DNA of 64,000 nt from Promethearchaeota archaeon (GCA_016839585.1 JAEOTZ010000017.1:34973-98972); one strand, 5' to 3'. Counted from the first letter of the stretch, positions 1 to 9,672 are shown. Notes: generated by a model not told the origin, from the letters alone. A program made the numbers and translations.

Positions 1-363
1 AGAATGGCAATAGCTATATGTAGAGATTTTCTTGATATGGATCTCAGAGTTGAACTTAAAAATTTTGAACCACCAATAGACATAATGTTCAATCCAGCCT
101 TTACTCCCGTTACAGCTGATTTTAAAGCAGCCCATTTTGATGCCCGGAGGTCAATATATGCTTATTGTTTCTTTGTAAATATCGCTGAATTTGGAGAATC
201 TCTCATTTACACACCAGAAAAAGAACGTATCGAAAGAACAATACCATCTAAAGAAGAGGACATAATTTTTAAAGATGTAGATCTCTTTAAATTGCGTTCA
301 GAACGTAAGAAATGGGAAAAAGAACGAAAAAGTGATAAGAGATTCATACAAAGCACAAGATAA
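1..363 (+). CDS. Hypothetical protein, C-terminal part (probably begins upstream of the window)
   Basis: Frame is open from position 1 (AGA in frame before the ATG at 4); no recognised motif. Confidence 0.6.
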   Translation, partial: RMAIAICRDFLDMDLRVELKNFEPPIDIMFNPAFTPVTADFKAAHFDARRSIYAYCFFVNIAEFGESLIYTPEKERIERTIPSKEEDIIFKDVDLFKLRSERKKWEKERKSDKRFIQSTR

Positions 364-430
364 ATAATAAACTATATAAGTTTAAGAAGATCTCATTAGT
401 TCTTTACATTAAATATAAAAAAGAAAAATA

Positions 431-1498
431 TTAATTTTTGGGTTTTTTTATTTTATCCTTTACTTCAGCTTCAGTTCCCTCAATTTTAAAAGGTTTTGAG
501 GGTCTTGATTTGTCAATCGGGGCATTACAAGCCCAACAAGCATTTTCCAAATTGGATAATGCACGTGCACAGTTTTCACAATATAAAGCATCACAACTAG
601 TGCAGATATACGTATTGAAACCCCCTACCTTACTTTTGCAAACTAAACATATTTTCTGTTCCCGATAATAAGTAACTTCTTCTTCAGTTATTTGTTTAGG
701 TCTTTTAGCAATCCTAAATATTGAATCTTCAATTTTTACTTCTTTTTCAGCAGAGATCTTTTCAATTTTAATAGGTTCTTCTTTCAATCCCAAATAATAC
801 AGCCAAAATGTAAAAACCATGCCAATTCTTACTAAAAAAAGTCCAACGCCAATAATTCCTAAACCCTCAATCAAACTAAATATAGAATTTAAAATGAAGC
901 CAATTGCTAAATAAAAATACTTTTTTCTTAGTACATCTGTTGATTTAATACTTTTAATCAAATACCCAATTCCAAGAAAAACGAAGGAAATAGCGACGTA
1001 TGAAAAGCCAATTAGGTAAAAAAGGCTATTAGCGAGCAAATCTTCATCAACAAGATCTTCACCTGGCACATCGGGAACGTAAATCGATATAGATCCTAGT
1101 GGATCTAAAAAAAGAAGTAATTCCCATACAATTGATATGAATACAATAAATCCAACCATATACCATTTTCTTTTAGGAATTAGCAGTTCGCCACCAACAT
1201 AAATGATAAATATTATTGAAAAAGGTACCCAAATGTAACTCATAATAGCTTGTAATTCATATGGTATATTTATTCCATTTACAATATCAAAATTTTTGCC
1301 TGTTATTAAAAGAGATAAAGATTCCCAGAAATTACCCCAATACCAAAGACCATTAAAAAAAATAGCCAAACCCATAAAAAAGAGGAGTTTAACATTAGTT
1401 TTTCTACCCTGATATATAAAATATAATCCAAAAGAGCAGCCAATTATAAGAATGCCCATTATTGAGATAACATTAAGCCAACCTACATCAGAAAGCAT
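431..1498 (-). CDS. 7TM membrane protein with C-terminal C4C4 RING-type zinc finger (candidate membrane E3 ligase), paralog 1
   Basis: Seven hydrophobic segments, then CLVC-x11-CTSC-x4-CENC-x10-CWAC; paralogous to 5518-6621 and 6820-7869. Confidence 0.8.
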   Translation of the reverse strand: MLSDVGWLNVISIMGILIIGCSFGLYFIYQGRKTNVKLLFFMGLAIFFNGLWYWGNFWESLSLLITGKNFDIVNGINIPYELQAIMSYIWVPFSIIFIIYVGGELLIPKRKWYMVGFIVFISIVWELLLFLDPLGSISIYVPDVPGEDLVDEDLLANSLFYLIGFSYVAISFVFLGIGYLIKSIKSTDVLRKKYFYLAIGFILNSIFSLIEGLGIIGVGLFLVRIGMVFTFWLYYLGLKEEPIKIEKISAEKEVKIEDSIFRIAKRPKQITEEEVTYYREQKICLVCKSKVGGFNTYICTSCDALYCENCARALSNLENACWACNAPIDKSRPSKPFKIEGTEAEVKDKIKKPKN

Positions 1499-1827
1499 TT
1501 TTGGATCCGCCTTTTTAAATATATTTTTTTTGTAATTTTTATTGTAATTATCTCTTTTTTACAATATAAAAAGCTTACTACATTAATGTTCAATCTCATT
1601 AATCTTATTAATTAAATTATTAAAAATCCATAAAAATAGTTCAATTTTATTTTGTGTTTACTGCTAAGAATATTATTAAGTAATATTATTCTCTTTTGTA
1701 TTTGATTCATTTGTATCTTTTTTCTTAGTAAATTTGTAAAAAATAATTTTATCATTGGGAGGTTTTCGTTCAATTATTCCTTTCTTTTTTGTTTTTACTA
1801 TTTTTGGATATGAATCTCTATTCTGTT

Positions 1828-1847
1828 TCTCATGCATGAGAGCTCTC
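1828..1847. promoter_or_regulatory. Overlapping palindromes in the divergent intergenic region (candidate operator)
   Basis: TCTCATGCATGAGA (1828-1841) and GAGAGCTCTC (1838-1847) are perfect palindromes between divergent genes. Confidence 0.25.
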
Positions 1848-1972
1848 TTGATATTTTTCTATAGTTTTAAACTTATCAATTATATTTATATATATTTTTC
1901 ATAATCATTTTAATTAATCTTATTATCTTAAATAAAATTAAAAATCAAGTCAAAAAATAATTAGAATCTAAG

Positions 1973-2878
1973 ATGATATCTAGGATATATGTCATAGCAA
2001 AAGGAGGGATACTCTGTTATTCAAAAAATTATATATGCCCTAGTGAAGTAGAAGATGATTTAATAAGTGGTTTTCTTACAGCAATTAGTGGTTTTGCAAA
2101 AGCAGTTAAAGTTGGTGAAATAAAATCACTTAACTTTAAAAATTTTAATTTTTTCTATTCCTATTCATCTGAATTCGATTGTATGTTTATTATTGTTACA
2201 GATATAGAAGATCTGGAAGATGAGGTAAGAGAAAAAGTAGAGTTGATGAAAGTTGAATTTATTAATAGATATCATGAATATTTAGAGAATTGGACAGGTA
2301 AAACTCAAGTGTTTGAAAGTTTTGATGAGTTTATTGAAGCACATATATATATTCCCCCAAAAGTTTTATTTGTTGGTGAAACTGGTGTAGGAAAAACAAC
2401 TATTATGGATTTATTTCCTGAAGAAACTATTTTAAATATAGATGATGATATGAATGAAATCATTGAAAAACCAGTTGATATAACAAATTTAGGAAATATA
2501 AAGCAATTTATATTAAGGGAGATTGATTTAGAAGATTTAATAAGTAATTCAAAGCAGTATAAAACTTTATTAAACATTTGCGATATTATATGTATTATAA
2601 CTAATTCAGCAGCCAGTAATTTAAGAAGAACAAAAAAATTATTTTTAAAACTTAAGAAAAAAGTCCGGAAAGCAGATTTCTATATAATTGCAAATTTTCA
2701 GGATTTAAAAGAAACATCTTTTGAAGCTAAGGAAATTGAAGAAACTTTTGGTGTAAAAACATATGGATTTTCTGCAATCCAAGAAGATTCGGCTAAAAAT
2801 ATTTTTATCATAATGAATGAAATTCTAAAAAATTCCATTTATAATAAAATTCAAATGAAGCAAAAGCAAGTTTCTTAA
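1973..2878 (+). CDS. Longin-like domain fused to a degenerate small GTPase
   Basis: N-term IYVIAKGGILCYS...DDLISGFLTAISGFA (Asgard longin-like). G1 GETGVGKT is intact, G3 DxxG is absent, G4 reads NFQD, G5 reads SA. Confidence 0.75.
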   Translation: MISRIYVIAKGGILCYSKNYICPSEVEDDLISGFLTAISGFAKAVKVGEIKSLNFKNFNFFYSYSSEFDCMFIIVTDIEDLEDEVREKVELMKVEFINRYHEYLENWTGKTQVFESFDEFIEAHIYIPPKVLFVGETGVGKTTIMDLFPEETILNIDDDMNEIIEKPVDITNLGNIKQFILREIDLEDLISNSKQYKTLLNICDIICIITNSAASNLRRTKKLFLKLKKKVRKADFYIIANFQDLKETSFEAKEIEETFGVKTYGFSAIQEDSAKNIFIIMNEILKNSIYNKIQMKQKQVS

Positions 2879-2921
2879 ATAGAAAATTCAAACTAATTAC
2901 AATCAAATCAATTTCTTAATT

Positions 2922-3434
2922 ATGACAATTGACGAGAATTACGTATTTCCATTATATATTACTAAAGAAGTAATAGAAGGGATTAAAAAGATATGTAAAG
3001 AAAACGTTAATGAAGTTTTTGGTTATTTAGTTGGAGAACGCTACATTTGGGATAAACAGAAATACATTTTATTAAATCATTATCTTTACATAAAGGAGGC
3101 TTTCATAGCAAATGAATTTTATTTTCAAGAATCAGGAGAAAAAGGGATAGTCAACAATATTCAATTTGAATTTTTTAAATATTCGGAGGAATTTGATAAA
3201 TTAAAATTAGATCCAAATAATGAAAACTTACTAAGGTTAGGGTGGTGGCATTCCCATCCAAATTTTGGATGCTTTTTAAGTAGTGTTGATTTAGCTACTC
3301 AACGCTCAATTTTTAATAAATCATATCACGTAGCTTTAGTTGTTGATCCAATTAGAGATGAATATAAATTTTTTACTTTAAATGATCAATTCGAAGATGG
3401 ATATAAAGAAATTAGTTATGCCATTATCAAGTAG
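2922..3434 (+). CDS. JAB/MPN+ (JAMM) metalloisopeptidase, Rpn11/CSN5-like
   Basis: EVFGYLVG; [21 protein letters not shown] (HxH-x7-S-x2-D); VVDPIR. Confidence 0.93.
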   Translation: MTIDENYVFPLYITKEVIEGIKKICKENVNEVFGYLVGERYIWDKQKYILLNHYLYIKEAFIANEFYFQESGEKGIVNNIQFEFFKYSEEFDKLKLDPNNENLLRLGWWHSHPNFGCFLSSVDLATQRSIFNKSYHVALVVDPIRDEYKFFTLNDQFEDGYKEISYAIIK

Positions 3435-3487
3435 ATATTTGATAATTTTTAATTTCGATTCAATTATTAAAATAATCTTGTAAAAAT

Positions 3488-4366
3488 ATGACAGACAACA
3501 GTGATAATGAATATAAAATCTTAGGAGAGGAGGATATAAATGAGGATAAGTATGATCGACAGAAACGAATTGCTGGATGGGACCAAAATAAGATCTCAAA
3601 TGCTACGGTAATGATAATAGGGGTTGGTGCAACCGGTAACGAAGTCGCTAAAAATTTAAGCTTGAGCGGAATTGGAAAGTTAATTATTATTGATTATGAT
3701 ATTATTGAAAAATCCAATCTTAATCGATGTATTTTGTTTAATATGGAAAATAAAGTAGAAAATAAATATAAAGTAGATATCATTAAAGCAGCGTGTGAAA
3801 AACTCAATCCTGAAGTTAAAATTTTAACAATAAAGAAAGCTCTTAATGAGATAGATAAAGATTTGTATAAACAAGTGGATGTGATTTGCTCTTGTCTTGA
3901 TAATGTTGAAGCTAGACTTGAAGCAAATAATTATGCATATTATTATCAGGTACCTTTTATTGATTCTGGAATTGATGAATTCTTTGGATCAGTCCAAGCT
4001 GTATATTCTGGAGTTACTGATGCTGCTTGTCTACAATGCGGGATTTCTGGTGCTGATTTAGATTTAATGTGGGTAAAGTTTTCCTGTACAGGAGAAGAAA
4101 TCGAATCTTCTAATGGAGCTACTATTGGTAAAATTGCAACTATAATTACTACAACTTCTATTATAGGAGGAATTCAAACTCAACAAGTAATAAAATTTTT
4201 ATTAGGAATTGATCAATTTAAAGAGCAAGGAAAGTGGAATCCTCATATTGGAGAACCCTTAATAGGTAAACAATTAAATTATAATGGATTAATAAATAAA
4301 TTTGAAGTTATTGAAAAGTTAAAGAATCCAGATTGTTGGACATGTTCTTATAAGGATAATAAATGA
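3488..4366 (+). CDS. Ubiquitin-activating enzyme E1-like (ThiF/MoeB/UBA family)
   Basis: YDRQKRI, GVGATG, SNLNR, CLDN-EAR, CLQC...CWTC zinc pair, putative catalytic Cys in FSCTG. Confidence 0.92.
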   Translation: MTDNSDNEYKILGEEDINEDKYDRQKRIAGWDQNKISNATVMIIGVGATGNEVAKNLSLSGIGKLIIIDYDIIEKSNLNRCILFNMENKVENKYKVDIIKAACEKLNPEVKILTIKKALNEIDKDLYKQVDVICSCLDNVEARLEANNYAYYYQVPFIDSGIDEFFGSVQAVYSGVTDAACLQCGISGADLDLMWVKFSCTGEEIESSNGATIGKIATIITTTSIIGGIQTQQVIKFLLGIDQFKEQGKWNPHIGEPLIGKQLNYNGLINKFEVIEKLKNPDCWTCSYKDNK

Positions 4367-4475
4367 AGATTAAATCCATTTCAAAATAAAAAATGATTAT
4401 TATGAAAGATATAATATAAATATAAAGAAAGAAAATATCAATATGTAACTTAATGAGATTTTTAATTTTAAAAAG

Positions 4476-5033
4476 ATGCCAGAACTTCCTTTAGAAATTT
4501 GGAAAAATAGGATTGAAAATGAAATTAAAAGTTTAAAAAGCTTAAACGTTATCGATATGAATTCAATAGTTCAAAGTGATAATAGTGTTAAGTTTTTAAT
4601 CAATTTACAAGGCTTAGGTTTTATTATGGGTACTTTTAAGGAAGGAATTGATATTGTTCCTCAGAAAGATCATCAAATTCATTTGGAACTAAATAGAGCT
4701 TTTCCATATCCTGGAGGCATTAGATTTTCTTGGCAATCAAATATATTTCATCCCAATATTCATCCTGCTAAAGCCCCCTTGCGTTACGAATCTGGAACTG
4801 GCTATATTTGTTTAAACATTCTAAAAAAATGGTCAAGACTTACAGATTTAGAGACTACCGTCAAAGCCTTGCAAAAATTAGTGGAGAATCCTAATCCAGA
4901 TGATCCATTAAAATATGATATTTGTTTAGAAGCAGCAAATTTTTTTAAGCAAAATACTATGGAAGACCTCAAGAAAGAATTCAAAATTGAAGAAGAAGAG
5001 GAAGAAAAGGATGATATAGTCATCATAGATTAG
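4476..5033 (+). CDS. Ubiquitin-conjugating enzyme E2 (UBC fold) with acidic tail
   Basis: FPYPG, IFHPNI...GYICLNIL-KW, NPNPDDPL; tail EEEEEEKDDIVIID. Confidence 0.92.
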   Translation: MPELPLEIWKNRIENEIKSLKSLNVIDMNSIVQSDNSVKFLINLQGLGFIMGTFKEGIDIVPQKDHQIHLELNRAFPYPGGIRFSWQSNIFHPNIHPAKAPLRYESGTGYICLNILKKWSRLTDLETTVKALQKLVENPNPDDPLKYDICLEAANFFKQNTMEDLKKEFKIEEEEEEKDDIVIID

Positions 5034-5107
5034 AAAAGTTAAATATCATTCTTAATCCTAACTTATTAACTTATTCTTAATAATTGGATCTCCAATTAAA
5101 AAATAAT

Positions 5108-5374
5108 TTATTGTTTATAATAACCCCCAATTACTCTCGCCCATAAAGCTAGCTTGTCATTTTCCTTTAATCCAAATTTATGCACAGAATCCTCGATGGT
5201 TATTGTTGAAGGTAACTCCTTTCCATTTAATACTAAAGTATATGCGCGTTCCTCGGCACTAATAATGCCCATATGCTTTACAATTATGTCTATAATCCTT
5301 TCAATTGTATGATGCTCCTTAACATCAAGTTTAATAACTTTACCTGTTCGTGAATCCTCAATAGTTATTCTCAT
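5108..5374 (-). CDS. Ubiquitin-like protein precursor (GG followed by YYKQ)
   Basis: Ubiquitin-like pattern MRITIED-TGKVIKLDV...TIE...LVLNGKEL...TIED...L-L--RVIGG plus a 4-residue extension; adjacent to E1/E2/JAMM. Confidence 0.88.
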   Translation of the reverse strand: MRITIEDSRTGKVIKLDVKEHHTIERIIDIIVKHMGIISAEERAYTLVLNGKELPSTITIEDSVHKFGLKENDKLALWARVIGGYYKQ

Positions 5375-5517
5375 ATAAATCTCTCTCTTTTTTTTAAATT
5401 ATGTAAATATTTTAATGATTAATTTAATTTATTTTAAAATTTGTATTATATATTTAAATATTTTATTTCTTTTCATGTAATCTTAATTTCACTTATTTAT
5501 AATAACTTTTTGAACCT

Positions 5518-6621
5518 CTATTCTTCTCTGAGTGTTTTCCTTGATCCTTCTGATATTGTGATATCGATATCATCTTCTTCTATTTTAAAAGGTTTAATGG
5601 GTTTTGAATCGTCAATTGGATTATTACAAGACCAACACATGTTTTCTAATTGAGTTAGAATTTGAGCGCAATTATCGCAATAAAATGATTTACACTTAGG
5701 ACAAATAAAAACATCAATGAATCCCTTTAATTTTTTTTTACAAACTAAACAGATTGTTTGTTTTCGATATAACTCAATCTCTTTTATGGATATATCAGAG
5801 GGTCTAGAATAAGATAACACCTCGGATAATGAAGTTGTTAGGATATCCCTCTCAATTTCATCATCATGAATATCTTCTTCTGGCTGGGTTGTAACTTCTT
5901 CTTTTTTTACTCCCAAAACAAAAAAAAGTCCACTAGCGACCATTCCATATCTAACAATAATTAAAATGATTGTTGGCAGGAAAAATAAAATATCCACAGT
6001 TCCAAATCCTAATAAAAGAATGAAACAGATAGTTAAATTCGCGAATTTTTCTCTTAAGAGACCTGTTGATTTAACAGATCCATAAAAAAATCTAACAACA
6101 TAGAATAGTGTTGCTGTTGCAAAAAAGATAATAAGTAAAATAGAAGCAGGAGAACCCATAATTAAAACATTATCAATTAAATTTTCTCCTGAATTTGAAG
6201 GCATCTTATAATCTACAGTACCAAATGGGTCTAATAAAAGAAATAAATCAAAGATTATCGCTAAAATAATATAAATAAATAATATTGAATTTTTAAATTC
6301 TTTTTTAACACCTGGTATCAAAAATTCAATACCAAGATATATCCCAAATGAGAGAGTTGGAGCAAACCATATGAATGTTAAAATACCATGAATTCCAGAG
6401 GCATTATTCAAATTTTTGCCAGTAAAGAGGATTGTGAAAAAATCTAAAACTATACCAGTGAAAAACATACTTATGAATATGATTAGTAATCCAAAATACA
6501 ATAAAATATCAGATTTTGATTTTTTATATCTATACAGACTAAAGGAACCCCAAAGAAAACCAGTGATATACCAAATAATCGCAGTTATTCCATTAAATAG
6601 TCCAATAGGAGTTAGAGTTAT
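5518..6621 (-). CDS. 7TM + C4C4 RING-type protein, paralog 2 (extends 40 codons upstream of the ORF-track start; probable ATA start)
   Basis: In-frame upstream sequence ITLTPIGLFNGITAIIWYITGFLWGSFSLYRYKKSKSDILL aligns with the N-terminus of 6820-7869; finger CLVC-x12-CPKC-x4-CDNC-x10-CWSC. Confidence 0.78.
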   Translation of the reverse strand: MTLTPIGLFNGITAIIWYITGFLWGSFSLYRYKKSKSDILLYFGLLIIFISMFFTGIVLDFFTILFTGKNLNNASGIHGILTFIWFAPTLSFGIYLGIEFLIPGVKKEFKNSILFIYIILAIIFDLFLLLDPFGTVDYKMPSNSGENLIDNVLIMGSPASILLIIFFATATLFYVVRFFYGSVKSTGLLREKFANLTICFILLLGFGTVDILFFLPTIILIIVRYGMVASGLFFVLGVKKEEVTTQPEEDIHDDEIERDILTTSLSEVLSYSRPSDISIKEIELYRKQTICLVCKKKLKGFIDVFICPKCKSFYCDNCAQILTQLENMCWSCNNPIDDSKPIKPFKIEEDDIDITISEGSRKTLREE

Positions 6622-6819
6622 ATGCTACACCTTTTATAGTATATAGATTTCAATATATTTAAGCTTGATATTTAATAACAAAATATAAATTTGTAAAAGA
6701 TTACATAATAAATTTTGCTCAATTTCCTTAAAAATTTTTTCACTTTAAGGCAAGGCTAAATGTAATATTACTTTTTTTTAGCATCTTAAAAAAAGCTTTT
6801 AATTATTTTTAATTATATT

Positions 6820-7869
6820 TCAAGATATATCATTATTTTGCTTAACAGGTTTTGATTCATCAATTTGCTCCTCACATATCCAACACTTATTACTCATTTC
6901 TATCATCTTTTCCGTGCATTTTTCACAATATAATGCTTCACATTGAGGACATAAGAAAATTTTAATGAAGCCCTGAATTTCTCTTTCACAGATTAGACAT
7001 TTTGTTTGTTCTCGAAATGCTAAGATTTGTTCTTGTGATATCTCTTTAGATTTAGTCTCAGATAAAATATCTATAAGAGAAGGTTCTTCAGATCTAAATT
7101 TTTTAATGGAAGGCAATTTCATGCCTTTTACAGATTCTTCTTTTAAGCTAAAATAAAAGATAAATCCCCCAATAATCATAAGAACTCTTATTATAATTAT
7201 TGATGTACCTTTAGGTAAATTAAAGAAATCTAAAGGGAAAATAACTACGTCTAAAGAACCAGAACCAAAAAATACTATGAAAGTGATTAATAATAATATG
7301 AGTTTCTTTCTTAATATTCCTGAGGATTTAATACCACTATATAAAAATGAAAGACTAAATACTATAATCCCCGGAAATAAAGAAATTCCGAGCATATAAA
7401 ATGGAGGAGTCCAAAAAACTAAGATATTATCAATTAAGTCTTGACCGGGTTCTGAGGGGCTTTTATAAATAATCGAACTTGAATGAGTTAAAAATAACAG
7501 AATTTCGTATATTATACTTATTATCGAAAAATAAATTAATATTAAATACTTCAACCATACTTTAAAGTTCATAGCAATAAGTTCATTAAATATATAGGTA
7601 CCAATAATTATTAAAGGACCAAACCAGAAAAATGTAAGAATACCATGTATATTTGTATCTAAGTTGCTCTCTGTAAAAAGAACTAATAAAGAATCTAAAA
7701 CCAAACCTGAATATAATAAGCTTATAAATAATATAGCCAAACCCATAGAAAATAAAACATTTGATTTTGATTTCCTTGCCTTAATTAAACTATATGTCCC
7801 CCATATTAAACCAAGGGTAAACCATATAATAATGGTTAAAGCACTTATTACTCCAATAGGAGAAGGCAT
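6820..7869 (-). CDS. 7TM + C4C4 RING-type protein, paralog 3
   Basis: Seven hydrophobic segments; CLIC-x12-CPQC-x4-CEKC-x10-CWIC. Confidence 0.8.
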   Translation of the reverse strand: MPSPIGVISALTIIIWFTLGLIWGTYSLIKARKSKSNVLFSMGLAILFISLLYSGLVLDSLLVLFTESNLDTNIHGILTFFWFGPLIIIGTYIFNELIAMNFKVWLKYLILIYFSIISIIYEILLFLTHSSSIIYKSPSEPGQDLIDNILVFWTPPFYMLGISLFPGIIVFSLSFLYSGIKSSGILRKKLILLLITFIVFFGSGSLDVVIFPLDFFNLPKGTSIIIIRVLMIIGGFIFYFSLKEESVKGMKLPSIKKFRSEEPSLIDILSETKSKEISQEQILAFREQTKCLICEREIQGFIKIFLCPQCEALYCEKCTEKMIEMSNKCWICEEQIDESKPVKQNNDIS

Positions 7870-7924
7870 TTGTAAAAAATATGATTTAATTCTAAATTCT
7901 TTTACCTTAAATCTGAATACAAAA

Positions 7925-8500
7925 TTAATATATTTTGAAAATTATATCATTTAAATCTCTTTTAGGTACATGTATGGTACCTTCTTCATCCTTCCAATAG
8001 TTAAAGGAGTCTTTATAAGGTTCAATGATAGCGACCTCATCTGGATATCCTAAGCTTATAACATGCTTTATATCATAATAGTCAGGAATCTCAAATAATT
8101 CTCGAATCTTTTTTGCATTAATATTTCCCATCCAACAACAACCTATGCCAAATTGTACTGCACCAAGTAAAATATTTTCAACTGCTGCTCCAACATCAAA
8201 ATCAACATAAGTTCTTTTTATTTCAGTATTTACGAGAACAATTATATAAGCTGTAGGTTCTCTTCCCTTTTCCGGAGTTCTTTCATCTTTTGGAAGAAGT
8301 GCTGCCCAATTTACTAATGGAAATAATTTTTGGCGAATATCCTCTTTTTGAATAATAATAAATTCAAGAGCTTGCCGATTAGTTGCCATTGGAGCAACAC
8401 GAGCAAAATCTATCAATTTTTTTAATATATCTAAAGGGATCGGATCTTGCTTAAATCTTCTTATTGTTCTTCTTTTAAATATAATTTCTTCTAATTCCAT
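7925..8500 (-). CDS. Nitroreductase family protein
   Basis: RRTIRRF...AP-ATNRQ...DVGAAVENILLGA--FGIGCCWMG...ISLGYP. Confidence 0.9.
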   Translation of the reverse strand: MELEEIIFKRRTIRRFKQDPIPLDILKKLIDFARVAPMATNRQALEFIIIQKEDIRQKLFPLVNWAALLPKDERTPEKGREPTAYIIVLVNTEIKRTYVDFDVGAAVENILLGAVQFGIGCCWMGNINAKKIRELFEIPDYYDIKHVISLGYPDEVAIIEPYKDSFNYWKDEEGTIHVPKRDLNDIIFKIY

Positions 8501-8520
8501 TATCCTTACTCAAATTTATA

Positions 8521-8853
8521 TTATTTTTTAGAATTAATTAATGCTTCTGCTATTTTATGAAAACTTAATTCTACATTTTTTCCAGTTAAAGCAGAAGTTT
8601 CTATATAATCGAGGTTAAGTTCTTTTGCAATTTTGATTACTTCTTTTTCCCCAAGTAGTCTACTTTCCGATAGATCTACCTTGTTTCCTAAAATAAAGCC
8701 TATTATCTTAGTATTGGATATTATATATTTTTTTATGTCCTCATACCATTTTGGTATACTTTCAAAGGATTTACGATTTGTTAAATCAAATATTAAAATA
8801 ACTGCTTCTGTTCCTTTATAAAAATGTTTTCTCATTGTTTCGAACTTGGATTG
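8521..8853 (-). pseudogene. 5'-truncated Rab-like small GTPase
   Basis: Keeps G4 GNKVD and G5 ETSAL. Homology to paralogs runs upstream only to QSKFETM (cf. WDIAGQIKFETM) and then stops; G1/G2 and most of G3 are missing. Confidence 0.8.
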
Positions 8854-9351
8854 AAAGTATTTTTTTTTTCATTACTATTCCAAATATGCAATACAAAATT
8901 TATACTTTTTTTGTTAAAAATGTGACAATTGAAAAAAAGAAGTCATAATTTCAAAAATTCCCATAAAGTCTATAGAAGGAGTTACAAAGGGCGAAATCCA
9001 ACACAAGACAAAAATACATTGAGATATGGAATTCTCTTTAGACTAATAAATAAAATAATAAAGATTTGATAATTAAAACTTAACAGAGTGGAAAATTTAT
9101 CTGTCTGTTATATTATTTAAAATTTAAATCAAAAATTCAATAAATTTAATTCCTTTATCTTACTACTACGCTTTTTAGCTCCTGAACATCCTCAGTAAGT
9201 TGATAAAGAATACATTCAGATGGATTACCCCATTGTTTATCTTTACATTTAACAGCCCCATAAAAGCTACAACCTTCTCTATATTGACAATGATCAAGCT
9301 TAGTTTTTATATTTACCATTAGATTTCCGCTTTTTTTTTATTATAAAATTT

Positions 9352-9672
9352 TTATTTCTCTGGTTTTTTATAATTATCAAAATTTTGAAGGGTTCTATTA
9401 ATATCATCTAATTTATGTTGAATATCAAATGATAATTCTCGTAAAACCTCTTTCAATGCATCTATAAAAGGATTCTCTCCTTGTAAAAAACTTCTAACCA
9501 CATTTCTATAATCTTGCTTTTGAGCAATTAAAGATAAGTCTTTATCGCTTATCGTTCCCTTTTCGAGTTTTTTAGCAATCTTTCTAACTTTCCAAGTACT
9601 TAAAATATATTTGATCCCGGCTGCTGAAGTTATCCCGGTAAATATCAGGGTCAGAATTTCTAAAATAAACAT
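9352..9672 (-). CDS. Small protein with N-terminal transmembrane helix
   Basis: One hydrophobic N-terminal segment followed by a basic/coiled region. Confidence 0.55.
   Translation of the reverse strand: MFILEILTLIFTGITSAAGIKYILSTWKVRKIAKKLEKGTISDKDLSLIAQKQDYRNVVRSFLQGENPFIDALKEVLRELSFDIQHKLDDINRTLQNFDNYKKPEK

Noticed and set aside
431-1498. Rhodopsin or GPCR identity for the 7TM domain
   Set aside because: No retinal-binding Lys in TM7 (a conserved Arg instead) and no GPCR motifs; seven helices alone are insufficient.
2922-5374. Bacterial-type CBASS/Bil E1-E2-JAB defence system or ThiS/MoaD sulfur carrier pathway
   Set aside because: No CD-NTase, effector or cofactor-biosynthesis genes; the JAMM, E2 and Ubl motifs are eukaryote-like. 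A defence role is not excluded but is unsupported.
6625-6630. GTG-TAG upstream of paralog 2, and TAG at 61934, as pyrrolysine/amber readthrough
   Set aside because: The GTG is part of an SD-like motif, the SDR also has a frameshift, TAG is used as a normal stop in many genes here, and no pyl genes are present in the window.
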